A DNA stretch of 64,000 nucleotides from Torpedo marmorata (lineage: Eukaryota). The position numbers and the translations under genes are program-made. The notes beneath the pieces were generated by a model. That model worked only from the letters and a program-made list of their open reading frames with translations. It did not search any database and had not been told where the DNA came from. Positions 24,991 through 37,006 of the stretch are shown piece after piece (position 1 is the stretch's first letter; every line of letters starts with the position of its first letter). The stretch is from the NCBI GenBank assembly GCA_977017645.1, contig OZ360226.1:158472001-158536000 (forward strand), in the 5' to 3' direction.

Positions 24991-27825
24991 ATACCCCTTT
25001 GCAAGCTCTTTGTGTTAACCTACCTTTCCCGCCATCACCAGTGGAATTTGGTACATACACTCGGTCCTTCACCCATGTCAGAACATGTCCTACTTTTATA
25101 TTAATCCTTCAACAACTTTAACCCTGATACTACCCACTTAAAAGTTATAACTACTGATAGTTGCAATACAAACCACACCTCACAGAAGTGCAAATGAACA
25201 CAACTTTGATGACACAAGTAACTCTCAATCCTTTGAGACTTATATGCCACTTACTCTGTTCTAAAAGATGCAAAATGGGGATACAATTTCACCCTGATTG
25301 TGGTTTGGAATTGAGCATTTAATTATGTATTAAATGTGAATTATTTAGTTCAAACTGCAAAAAGAACCTGAAATCAGCATCCATCATACACTTTAACAAA
25401 GATGTTTTCAAATGCCCTTATCCACTTAAGAGCTACAACAATAAACAAACCCAATTTTATTTGAACTGAAAAATTATAGGTTGGTTATGTAAACAGAGAA
25501 TGTGCACATCACAAAAGTTCAATGAATGATTGAGGGTTAGATATCCTTCAAACCACAAAAACTGCACTCATGCAATATAGGAATAATTCATTCCACAACT
25601 TTCTCATCAACGTGTACTTCTACTCATTAAGGACTTTGAATTTTGGAGTACTTTGAATTTTGGAGTGCTTTGCATTCATCTACTAAACATAGAATTATCA
25701 ATTATACTGTGTAGTCAGTTGTATTCAGTTTATTCATTAAAACGTTCACTGATCCCATGATACTGAAGACCCAATTCAAAAAGACCAACAGAAAATATCA
25801 GTTATTTACAATACCCATGTAAGCAGATACTAAACAATGCCATATTAAAAATTGTTGTTGTCAAGGTAAAACATGAAAGCACAAGGCAACCAATGTTTGA
25901 CCAAAAAATGGTCTTTAGCTCCAATTTCAAAAGGACTTTTTTTTTTTTAAATACACAATTCATTCAGTGTGTTGCACAGCAGGAAGGTAAAGGAATAGTT
26001 AACCAGCTTGACCACAGTTCCAACTTCCACAGAGATGTTAAATTATCCCTCCCCAAGGGTACTGCATCGTCCACAAGATAAAATTGATGAAAATTTCCAA
26101 CCAAGCACATAATAGTGTTCAACATGGCACGAAATCACAATGACTCATGGGGGTCCTGAAACTGCAACCCCAGGCAGTTCATCAACTCTTCACTTAAAAA
26201 GATGAATAAAAATCAACCAGATTTTGATGTTGCTTCCTCCCCCTACCAGAAGCCCTCCTGAAAAGTGAAAATGAGATTAAGTGAAGAACGATCAAATTGC
26301 ACTGCAATGCCCTCTTCAATAAAGTTAACCCCTAAAGCTCTCTGGTTAATTTCACCCAAGGAAAAACATACCAGCAAAAATCAATGGCTTAAAATAAATA
26401 AAAAGAAAATATTTAAAAATAAACAATTATTTATATAATTGTAAACTTCATAACAAATGCAACTTAAGTGATCTTTCAAGAAATTGAATAAATTGGGATG
26501 AAAATAAACTCACTAACGATTTACAAGGTTGCCTTTACTCACAATATCATTCCCCAAAGCAAGCTGCTGCATTTGTTTACTTTCTGCAGAAGACTAGATG
26601 TGTCACAAACATCATTACAGACAATGGCAAGCTTTACAAATCACAAAGGTCTTATGCAATTTAAAGTCTCCTATCAAAATATTACAAAAAGAAAGACACA
26701 CTAATGTGTATAATGGCCATGAAACATGCAAAAAATATTTAATCTCCCATGGTAAAATTAGAATTGCCATCACTGTAACAAACAATGTGTTACCTTTTAC
26801 CCCAATTCTCTGGAAAGAAAGGGTGAAGTTTCAACAATCTATGCAAATCCATAAACAAAAAAAACTCCTAGAACTCTTTTGGAGAACCAGTACTTATCAT
26901 TCATGAGGAATATATTCCACAAATACTTTTGAATAGAATTGGACACAAAGTTGGCTGGACAGGCAAAACAACTGAAATAAAGACCTTGATGTTTTGAACA
27001 AATAACCTTGTTACATAATAACATGTTGCTAAAATTCAAAACAAAGCCACCTTTTCACTGAATAAACCTTTTCACATTAGTTTTGGCATAAGGTTCTACG
27101 TGGCGAATCCCATTAGCACAAAACAAAAAGGCCTGAACAACCCCTACTTCCTCTCATCACACTTTGCATTTTCTGAAGAAATTACAGTTTGTGACATTTA
27201 TCAAGCTTAGCATCTAACTAAAATCTTGCACACTGTAGGAAAAAGTTATTTTTTTTAAAAAACATCAAATTCTCCCTGCATCTTCTGTGGCAGTGGTCCA
27301 ATCGAATGAAGCAATTTGGAGAAAGCAAACACAATCAACAAAGACTTGCTCATTTCTAGCAATCCAGCATATCCTGATCAACACAAATATATGGTGGATG
27401 TAACAAGAACCACTGTAGTTTTTAAAAACTTGGCAAGTGGATTAAAAAAAAAACACTAAACTCAACCATATCTGGTACCAGTTTGGCTGGTACACAACCA
27501 ATCATCGCACAAATGATGCATTGCTTGTTAATATGTTGATATAGAGTGTTGCAAACTGGCATGTAACAACAGCTAAATTCAACACTAATAGAATTAAAAA
27601 GAAAATAGAACATATTACACATTCACAACATTTATGCCTTTTCCAGTTTTATGTTTTTAATCACTGCCTGATCAAAATCATAATTAGTAAACAAAGTACA
27701 TTGAATATCAACTTGAACGTAAATTTAAACATACAAATCCCAAGTTTCATATTTTACAGGATCTGATAGAGATGATATTCATACAACCGTCGACATATGA
27801 AGAAAGGAATTAGAACTTAACAAAC

Positions 27826-27891
27826 CTTATACACTTGTCCATATGTGCCATTTCCGACAACTTCAACCAATTCAAAAATGCCCGCTGGGTC
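27826..27891 (-). CDS. MAP4K4: MAP4K4 coding exon 2 (DPAGIFELVEVVGNGTYGQVYK, kinase glycine-rich loop)
   Basis: 66-nt phase-0 exon with a tttttag acceptor and gtttgt donor. The peptide matches the MAP4K4/TNIK/MINK1 N-terminus as I recall it. Confidence 0.97.
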
Positions 27892-28230
27892 CTAAAAAAT
27901 AAATATTTTTGAAAAGTAATTATTGGTATAAATCCCAAATCTGATCTAGCCGGATGATGGTGAGATGCAGCTGTTGCGCCCTGTTTCCATGCACATGCCA
28001 ATACATGCACAAACAAAGAAAGCTCTGAACTGTTCCTGCTCTCCCCATCAAAGCCAAACAAACTGCAAAATAATTTGACAACTGGGTGAATTTTGACAAA
28101 GTAACCTCACTACTATGTGCAAATAACGTTTTAAAGCTCGAATAAGCGCGTTTGTTGTTTCCGTCTGGAGAGCACACATTGTCTTTCTATGAAACTGTTA
28201 TTCCTCCTTGAAACCCAAGCCGATACTCAC
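27892..28230 (-). other. MAP4K4: MAP4K4 intron 1 (339 bp, GT-AG)
   Basis: gtgagt donor after CGG and a tttttag acceptor. Splicing joins SLR to DPAG in frame. Confidence 0.95.
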
Positions 28231-28287
28231 CCGCAAAGAGGAGAGATCTATCTCCACTAGACTTTTAGCAGGAGAGTCGTTCGCCAT
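28231..28287 (-). CDS. MAP4K4: MAP4K4 coding exon 1 (MANDSPAKSLVEIDLSSLR)
   Basis: 57-nt CDS with strong Kozak aaaATGG and a gtgagt donor. MANDSPAKSL is diagnostic for MAP4K4 versus TNIK (MASDSPARSL) and MINK1 (MGDPAPARSL). Confidence 0.96.
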
Positions 28288-28292
28288 TTTCG

Positions 28293-28328
28293 TTAAATTG
28301 GTGCACTTTCCTCCTCAGACTCGTGCAT
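28293..28328 (-). promoter_or_regulatory. uORF2 (MHESEEESAPI*) in the MAP4K4 5' leader
   Basis: ATG...TAA ends 5 nt upstream of the main ATG. Assumes the TSS lies upstream. Confidence 0.6.
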
Positions 28329-28359
28329 TTAGGGACGCGTACAAGCTGCAGGAAGTTCT

Positions 28360-28368
28360 TTACACCAT
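28360..28368 (-). promoter_or_regulatory. uORF1 (ATG GTG TAA) in the MAP4K4 5' leader
   Basis: Strong Kozak context aacATGG. Assumes the TSS lies upstream. Confidence 0.55.
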
Positions 28369-28399
28369 GTTCAGGTGGCAACAGCTGCTGCTCCCAGCT

Positions 28400-28960
28400 C
28401 TCCCTCACTGAGCCACACAAACACAGGAAACCGCTCCGCTCGCTGTGTCTGACTGAATGACTGACTTGGGCGAGAGCGAGTCTCCGCTCTGCACCGCCCC
28501 GACCCCCCCAGAGGCACGCGACCGGACGCAGGAGCGAGCGCGAGAGCGCGCCCGAGTGGCGAGCTCGCTCGCTCGCACGGGACGGGCCGGGCCGGTGCTG
28601 AGAGTTAGGGTGCGGCATCGACAGCGCCGCCCGCCTTCTGCGCTGGGCTTACAAGTTGGGCATCGGGTGCGCTGCCAGCCAAGGCGCGCGCGGGCGCAAC
28701 GGCCACCAGGACGCAGCGCAAATCTACTGCGACTCTATTTTTTTGGGGGGTTCACCAACAGATCGCAGCCAACTCTTCCCGTTCAAACAAAGAGGCTGGA
28801 GCGCGCGCGCGCACGCACCCCTCGTCCACGCGCCGAGAAACTCGTGCAACGCGTCAAAGACCAGCGGAAAACACGCAACCCCTTGGCTTCTGGGTAACAT
28901 CATTCTCGCGGATCCCCACCCCTGCAACAGTGCTGAGGAGAAAGGGCCCTTCGCTCCTCC
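28400..28960 (-). promoter_or_regulatory. MAP4K4: CpG-island promoter of MAP4K4
   Basis: Very GC- and CpG-rich non-repetitive block directly upstream of exon 1, with a GC box (ccgcccc ~28494) and (GC)n runs. Confidence 0.85.
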
Positions 28961-30619
28961 ACACAAAAAGGTTATTCATAGTCATAGAGGGGTGGGGTGA
29001 CGGCAGAAAAAAGCAAGAGTTTGCCAAACTTTCCGATACATTTTATATCTAATAGCAGTATTGTGGATTTAGTAAGAGCTTTGCGTGGATTTCAATAAAG
29101 TGAGAATTGCACTTAAGCTAGGTAAAATAAGCGCCCAATAATATATCCGAGAATATCTCAGCCGTATCAATGTTTTGTATTTTATGACAGCGGTGATCCC
29201 AGCACTGCACTTTAGTCAGTCGATACATGGGAGGATATTAATGAAGCAGAGTTTGGGGAGGGGTAACGCTCTCGGTGAAACTTTAGGAAAATGGCAATTG
29301 TGTTTTAATACGTTGGAAGCAAATGCAATGAATGTGGACAAGCGCAACTGCGAGATCATTAACAACGCTGCGTGACTTGCTGAGTTTCTCCAGCGTATTT
29401 GTGTATTGTAGACAATGCAATTTTCGTTCCTAGTACCATGCGCAAAATTTTAGTGAGCATCTGTTAACTCGAATAAAAAATTACTGTATAAATTCTAAGT
29501 CAACATCAGAGTTTGCGAAACAGTTTGTAAAGGGTATTCTGAAATTCTGAGATAAGAATGATTTGGTAATCTTACAAATACGGGCATTGTATTCCACAGT
29601 TGAGCGTCTAGGAGCTTCAAAGTGCAACTTGTATTCATAGTAGAGTGAAACTTACAGTGTTTACAGTACATCGTCGTGTGATGCATTTATTTGATTTAAC
29701 ATTAAGACGATAAACTATACGGCTCCTTTGTAAGATAACATTCTCATTCGTCGTGATGTTTAATCTCAACGTGCAAAAATGACAAAAAGGACACGTTTAA
29801 GTGAAAGCGAGTACTTGGTAAATGTTAAGCGAGGTTGTTTTCCAGCAATTGATCAGTGTTCAAAAGACCTCGCTTTTGTTTTAATTTACCGAGAGTGTAC
29901 AATGGGAAGATGCGATAATTCCATGAAACCCGAAAGGAAGGTAACATTCTGTAAGTACCCGTCGGGAAAGTCATTAAAACGCTGTTTTTCAGTCACCATA
30001 TGCCTGTCAAAAATATTTAATTTATTGATGGCACAAGTAGCTCTATTTCGTGATAGATAGAATCTATACTGCGAAAGAAGTGAAATTTGCGGCAATGTAT
30101 ACAAGAACAAATCTTTCGGGACCTGAAAACACAGTTAACCGGATCGAACTATTTGTAATAGATGGTAAAAGTGCAGTAAATATTTAAAGATGTTGATTTA
30201 AGTTGCGAACCCCTTCTGGCAGCTACACCAGGGTGCAAGACCACCACACAAAGCACAGACTGCAAATTTCACATCGAATCATAGAATCGAACAGGCTCTT
30301 CGGTCCAACTCGACCACGTCCAACAATGGAACAATTACGTATTAATCCCATGTCTCCGCACTGGGTCCATAGCGGTTGACAATTGAGGTGATCATTCAAA
30401 CACTTCTTAAATGCTGAAACACAAAAACTGTAGATGCTGGAATCTTGAGCAAACAAAGAGAAGCTGGAGGAACTCAGTAAATTAGGCTTCATCCATGGGT
30501 TAAAATGGTCAGTTAACATTTTGGGTCGGTTTGGGTTTGTTGAGATTTCCTAATGCTGTTAGCAACCCAGCTTCAACCGGTCTCTCAGGCAGTACGTTCC
30601 AGGTACTTACATACCTGTA

Positions 30620-31075
30620 AAAACACACCGAAATGCTGGAGGAACTCAGCCGGTCTTTTCAGCGCCTCAAGACAAAGATATATTGCCGACTTTTCGGGCC
30701 TGAGCCCTTCTTCAAGGAAAAAGTAGAATAAGACAGAAGCAGGATATATCAGAAAGTCTCAGAATTCAAACAATGGGGGAGGAATCCAGACCAACAAAAG
30801 GTGTTAATTGGATGTGATAAGGAACTAGGTAGGAATTTATCATGTTTGTGTTAAAGGAGACGGAATGGAGAGGGGGGGGGTGGTTAACGAAAGCCAGAGA
30901 AGTCGATATTAATACCATCCGGTTGGAGGGTGCCCAGTCGGAAGATGAGGTGTTGTTCCTCCAATTTGTGGGTGGTCTCAGTCTGGCAGTGCGTGAGACC
31001 ATGGACAGACATGTCAGCAAGGGAATTGGATGGAGAATTGAAATGGGTGGCCACGCTATTGCATACCTGGTCAGG
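30620..31075 (-). mobile_element. Penelope-like element 3' end (GIY-YIG C-terminus plus pseudo-LTR tail)
   Basis: ORF 30884-31093 reads VATHFNS...KLEEQHLIFRLGTLQPDGINIDF, typical of the end of a PLE GIY-YIG domain. Confidence 0.85.
30683..30720 (-). ncRNA. Degenerate minimal type-I hammerhead ribozyme in the Penelope tail
   Basis: Minus strand: tttcc-TTGAAGA-a-gggc(tcag)gccc-GAAA-a-GTC-ggcaa. Core boxes, stem II and a 4/5-bp stem I are present; two core deviations. Confidence 0.55.
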
Positions 31076-32580
31076 TACTGAAGGACTGCGCAAACTAATT
31101 GATGGAGGTCTTTACGGATATCTTCAACACCTCACTGCAGCAGTCCATTGTCCCTGCGGGTTTCAAGACAGCCGCCATCATCCTGGTACCAAAGACGGCA
31201 ACAGTAATAGGCCACAATGACAACCACCCTGTGACACTGACCTCCGCCATTATGAAATGCTTTGAGCATCTGGTGATGGAAGCATCAAAGCACACCTCCC
31301 AGAGATGCTGGACCCATTTAAATTCACCAATAGAAGAAACAGTTCCACTGATGATGCTCTAGCCTTGTCCCTCCACTCAATCCAGACCTACCTGGAGAAC
31401 GAAGCCTCATACGGCAATCTGCTGTTCATCAACTTCAGCTCGGCGTTTAATACAATCATTCCCCAGAGGGTGGTGGAGAAGCTGTCCTCGCTGGAACTCA
31501 ACAACCCTGTCTACCACTGGATTCTGGATATCCTAACGGAAAGACCACAGTCTGTCCAGGTCGGTATCAGAACGTCGAGCATTATCACGCTGAGCACTGG
31601 CGCACCACAGGGCTGTGAGCTCAGCCCGCTCCTGTTCATGCTACTGACCCATAACTGCATTGCCAGATCCAGCTCCAACAGTGTCATCAAGTTTGCAGAT
31701 GACACAACAGTAGTTGGCCTCATCAGCAACAACAATGAATCGCTCTACAGAGAAGAGGTGGAAAATCTCATGATATGGTGCGAGAGTAACAACCTGAGTC
31801 TCAATGTGGATATGACGAAGGAGATGATCGTGGACTTCAGGAGGACAAGGAACGACTACCCTCTGCTACACATCAATAACTGTAGTGGAGAGAGTAGACA
31901 GCACCAAGTACCTTGGAGTTCACTTAACTAGTGACCTATCATGGACACACGATGTCTCCTCACTTGTCAGGAAGGCGCAACAGCGACTGCACTTCCTAAA
32001 AAGACTAAAGTGGGCAAGGCTACCGGCCACCATCATGTCAACTTTCTGCAGGAGCTCTATCAAGAGTGTCCTGGCCGGCTGCATCACAGTGTGGTACGGT
32101 GCTGTAGAGAATTAGATCGGAAGTCAATCCACAGGACTATAAGAGTGGCAGAGAAGATCACTCAGGTCTCTCTCCTCCCCCCCACCCATCGACGTGATCT
32201 ACCAGGATTGTCTGAAGAGGGCGCACAAAATCGTTGAGGACCCCTTCCACCCCACACACAACATCTTACATCTACTCCTGTCGGGAAAGAGATACCAGGA
32301 GCATCAGAGCCAGCGCCACCAGGCTGAGGAACAGCTTCTTCCTGCAAGCATTGAGAATGCTGAACGACAAAAGAAACTGCTCACACTAACCACCCGAGAC
32401 TCTAATATTTTTTTCTGAACAATATAGATTTATTTTTAATGTATATTTGTCCTGCGTATGTATTGTTTGTCTGTATGTGTCTTGGTGGTGTGTCTGCATG
32501 TTTTGCACTGAAGGCTGGAGAATGCTCTTTCGTCGGGTTGTACTTTTGCAATCAGCTGATAATAAACTTGAACATGAACT
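31075..32580 (+). mobile_element. Rex1/Babar 'family B' 5'-truncated copy, frameshifted
   Basis: GAPQGCELSP and [10 protein letters not shown] motifs. Tail aataaacttgaacatgaact. Confidence 0.9.
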
Positions 32581-33788
32581 TACCTGAGCTAGTCCCTTTT
32601 GCCTATGTTTGCCCCATATCCCTTTAAACCTTTCCTGACCATGTACCTGTCTAAATATATATTTAAAAGTTGTAATTGTTCCCAGCTCTACCATTCTATC
32701 TGGAAGCTCATTCCATATTGTCTATGTGTGAAAAAGGTTTATTTTAAATCTATCCCCTATCACTTTAAATCTATACCCCACCCTGGGAAAAAGACTATGT
32801 TTACCTTAGTTATGCTCTTCATGACTTTACCTCAAAAAGGTCACCCCTCAGCCTCCTGCACTCCGGGGAAAAATGTCCCAATCTGTCCAGCCTCTCCTTA
32901 TAACTAAGCCCTCCAATCCCGGTAACATCCTCATCAATCTTTTCTGCACTATTTCCTGCTGAGTGACAAGAACTGTATACAATACTCTGTGTTGTCTCAC
33001 CAACTTCTTACAGTTGTAACATGACCTCCCCCCAACTCCAGTATTCAGTGCCCTGACTGATGAAGGCAAGCATGACAAACATCTTCTTCACCACTGTGTC
33101 TGTCACTTTGAAGGAACTATGTACCAGTACCCATTGGTCTCTCTCTTCTATAACACTCCAGGGACCTACCATATAATGTGCAAGTCCTATCCTGGTTAAA
33201 CATATCAAATTCTAGGTCTGAAAGAGGAAACGGAATCTGGCCAACTTACTAAATTTTTTGCAGAATTACTTCAGGAAGTGTTTGGTGAAACGTTGCTACC
33301 TACTTTGCCTGAACTAGACATAGCCCACAGATCGCTGGCTCCTAAGCCTTCCTCTGGGAATAAACCCCGGTCGGTGATTTTACGTTTACATCATTTCCAA
33401 GTAAAAGACTTACTAATACGTGAATCTCGCTGAAGGGGGATGTTGACATATCGTCAGCAGAAAATCAGAATTGTTGATGACTATCCCATGGAGGTGATGA
33501 AAGAACGTATCGAATATAAAGAAGTTATGTCGAGGTTGTATAATAAGGGTGGTTTCAAACCCTCCCTTTTTCCGGCTCGTCTTCGGATTACGCTCCCGAA
33601 CAATTCGAAACATTGGCTGCTTTCCCCAATGGATGCTCAGAAATTTCTCAATGAACTCCCTTCCACTCCTTCTTCTGTGAATCAGTAATGCTTTCTTTGT
33701 TCCTGTGCTTTCTTTTAAACTCACAAGATTTATGAGACTTAGATTGTTAAAGGTTACTGCGCTTACATCTATTTGTATGATTAATAAG

Positions 33789-33927
33789 CAGGGGTGAAGT
33801 GCTAATTTTTTTTAGGTGCGGAGCTCACTAAAAACGGCATCAGGGAGGTGCCGGGGCCGCCACGCGGGGCGGCCCCCTAAGGTGCCAGAGCAGCGCTCTG
33901 GTGAGTTATGACAACACTGCACCACTG
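33789..33927. mobile_element. 139-bp hAT-type MITE
   Basis: TIRs CAGGGGTGAAGTG and CAGTGGTGCAGTG (rc). 8-bp TSD ttaataag / gtaataag. Confidence 0.8.
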
Positions 33928-36900
33928 GTAATAAGGATGTTCCAATTATTTTTTTCTGACATTGCTCTTTGTATAAGGTTTTTTTTTGGATTTTTCTTTG
34001 AGTTAAGGTATGATATTCTTGTGAGCTTAATTTTTTATTATTATCTACTACTTTGACTTGTTCGTTTAAAATATTTTAAAATATTTTAAACTTAATTGGC
34101 CTGTTATGTTAAATTTTTATACTGATAATTCAGTATATAATTTTACATATAACTTTTCTAATGGCCATTTTCTGTTGTGCTGTTGAAATTTGACCTTGCT
34201 ATTTTGGCATTAGTCATAGCAAGTCTAGATTAGTTTGGAAGTTTTAATGGAGTTTACATTCAGATAAGGAGCCTTCAAGGAAGAATTTGGTGGGGTGGGT
34301 AGTTTGGGATTTAGCTTGCTATCTCTTGGGATAGTTTTTGGCGGGTGGGGGGAGGGAGGATTTGGTTTAGGATTCCTTTTCGAAGTTGCTATGGTGATTT
34401 ATGCTTGTTTATATTCTTTCTCTTGTCGAACTTTTCCAGTCTCACGGCTAAATCGAGTTAATTGGATTTTTTATGAATTTTCTTTTCAAACACTCCTGCT
34501 TTTAATTTAGTTAATATGTATAAAGCCATTAATATGGTGAGTTGGAATATTCGTGGGTTAAATCATCCTATCAAATGCAAGAAAATATTTGTGCACATAA
34601 AAAAGTGTAAAGCTGATATATTTTTGCAAGAAACGCATATCTATTTGAATGACACCACGTCTTTTTCTATGCTGGAGGGGGCAGCACTTTCACGCATTTT
34701 TTATGGCTAAGGCTAGAGGAGTTCCGATTTTAATTGACCAATCTATCCCATTTGTTCAGCATTATGTTGTTTCTGATCCTAATGGTCGCTTTCTCATTGT
34801 TTATGGGAAACTCTATAATAGAATGATCGCCTTCGATAATATTTATGGTCCTAATGTTGAAGATTTAGATTTTTTTCAACGTTTCTTTAATTCCTTACCG
34901 GACTTAAATTTATATTCTTTGGCAATGGGTGGAGACTTTAACTGTTGGTTAGATCCTGTTTTGGATCGTTCGTCTTCCAAAATAGCTACATTAAATAAGT
35001 CAGTTTTATTCATTCACTCTTTCCTGCTAAAGTGTGGCATTGTAGATGTATGGTGTTTTCTCCATCCCAATGATAAGGAATACTCCTTTTTCTCTAATGT
35101 TCATCATACGTATTCACGGATTGATTTTTTTTTAATTGATAAACAACTGATTCTGTTAATCTGTGCATGCAAATATGAATCTATTGTAATTTCAGACCAT
35201 GCTCCGGTGGTCTTATCTTTGAGATTTCCTGATTTACCTCAATCTGTCAGACACTGGCGCTTTAATTCTATTTTACTATCCGATCCAGATTTTTTGAAAT
35301 TTATAAAGGAACAGATTGTATTTTTCTTTGAGAACAAATCCTCTTCGGAGGTTTCTATCTTAACTGTCTGGGATTCTTTTAAGGCTTATATTAGAGGACA
35401 AATTATCTCGTATGTGGTGAAAATTTAAAAAGAGGCTAATGCTGAAAGGATTGCACTCACCAATCAAATAAAGCTTTTAGATCAACAATATGCCCTTACT
35501 TCGTAACCTGAAATATTTAAAAAACGGCTTGAGCTTAAAACTAAGTATGACTTTCTTTTAACTTATCCTATTGAAACACAGCTTTTGAAAAGCAAGAGTC
35601 AATTTTATATTCATGGTGATAAGCCAGGTAAACTCTTGGCAAATCAACTAAAAGGCTTAGCTGCTAAACGTCTTATTAAGGAGATTCACAAAGAGGATGG
35701 TAGTATTACCACTGACCATGTAGAAATTAATGATACGTTTAGACAGTATTATTCCAATCTTTATAAATCTGGCTTTCCCATTGATCTAACTCCTATGACA
35801 AATTTTCTGGACAAATTGACAATACCCACTCTTTCTTTAGATACACAATTTAAGTTATAAAAACATATTTCACAGGAAGAGCTAATCTTATTAACAGTTA
35901 TTAAATCGTCACAATCTGGCAAAGCACCAGGCCCTGATGGCTTTCCAGTCGAGTTCTATAAAACTTTTTCCCAATTACTGGTACCTTATTTATGCTTAGT
36001 ATTTTCTGACTCTTTTAAATCTGGGAATTTGCCAACTACTTTTTACAATGATACGATCTCTCATCCCAAAAAAGAATAAAAATTCGTCGGCCAATTTCTC
36101 TTATAAATGTCGATGTAAAAATTTTGTCTAAAATCTTGGCCAGTAGATTAGAAAATATTTTGCCTCTTATTATTTCTGAGGACCAGACGGGTTTTATTAA
36201 AAACCGTTAATCAAATTTTAATATTAGCCGTTTATTCAATATTATATATTCCCCTCCCGTTTCTTCGTCAGAATGCGTTATTTCTTTAGATGCTGAGAAA
36301 GCCTTTGACAGAGTTGAATGGGAATATTTATTTGCAATATTAGAAAGGTTTCATTTTGGTCCCACATTTATTTTGTGGATTAAGTTATTATACTTATCCC
36401 CTGTTGCTTCTATTCTTACTAATTCTTTGCAATCTAAACCTTTTAAACTTTATCGTGGGACCAGATAGGGTTGTCCTCTCAGTCCCTTGTTGTTTGGCTT
36501 TAGAACCTTTGGCTATTATTGCCTTTAGAGAATCTCAGGATATCTCTGGAATTTTTAGGGGAGGATTGATCCATAAAGTTTCTCTTTCTGCTGATGACCT
36601 TTTGCTTTTTGTATCTGATCCTAACTCTTTAATTCCTGCTATACTAACATTACTCCATCAATTTGGTCAATTTTCAGGTTACAAATTAAATCTACAAAAG
36701 AGTGACTTTTTTTTTAACTCTTCAGACCCTTTACACACTGTTTTTCCTTTCAAGATTGCTAAAAGTCAATTTACATACCTTGGTGTAACAATTACTAAGA
36801 AGCACAAACATTTGTTTAAGGAAAATGTTTTTGCTCTGCTAAATCAGGTGAAGAAGTCTTTATCTCAGTGGTCTCCTCTTTCGATGTCCTTAATCAGACG

Positions 36901-37006
36901 AATTAATGTTATTAAGATGAATATTTTACCCAAATTTTTATATATTTTTCAAGCTATTCCAATTTCTGTTCCTATATCTTTTTTTGACTCACTTGATTCT
37001 ATTATA

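Noticed and set aside
25632-25675. 17-bp tandem duplication ctttgaattttggagt(a/g)
   Set aside because: Ordinary slippage-type duplication with no further structure.
1-27825. Antisense orientation bias of intronic LINEs
   Set aside because: Both orientations are well represented and the numbers are too small.
28265-29000. Several 80-146-aa ORFs over the CpG island
   Set aside because: Low-complexity Arg/Ala-rich frames expected in GC-rich DNA. The real coding exon is 28231-28287.
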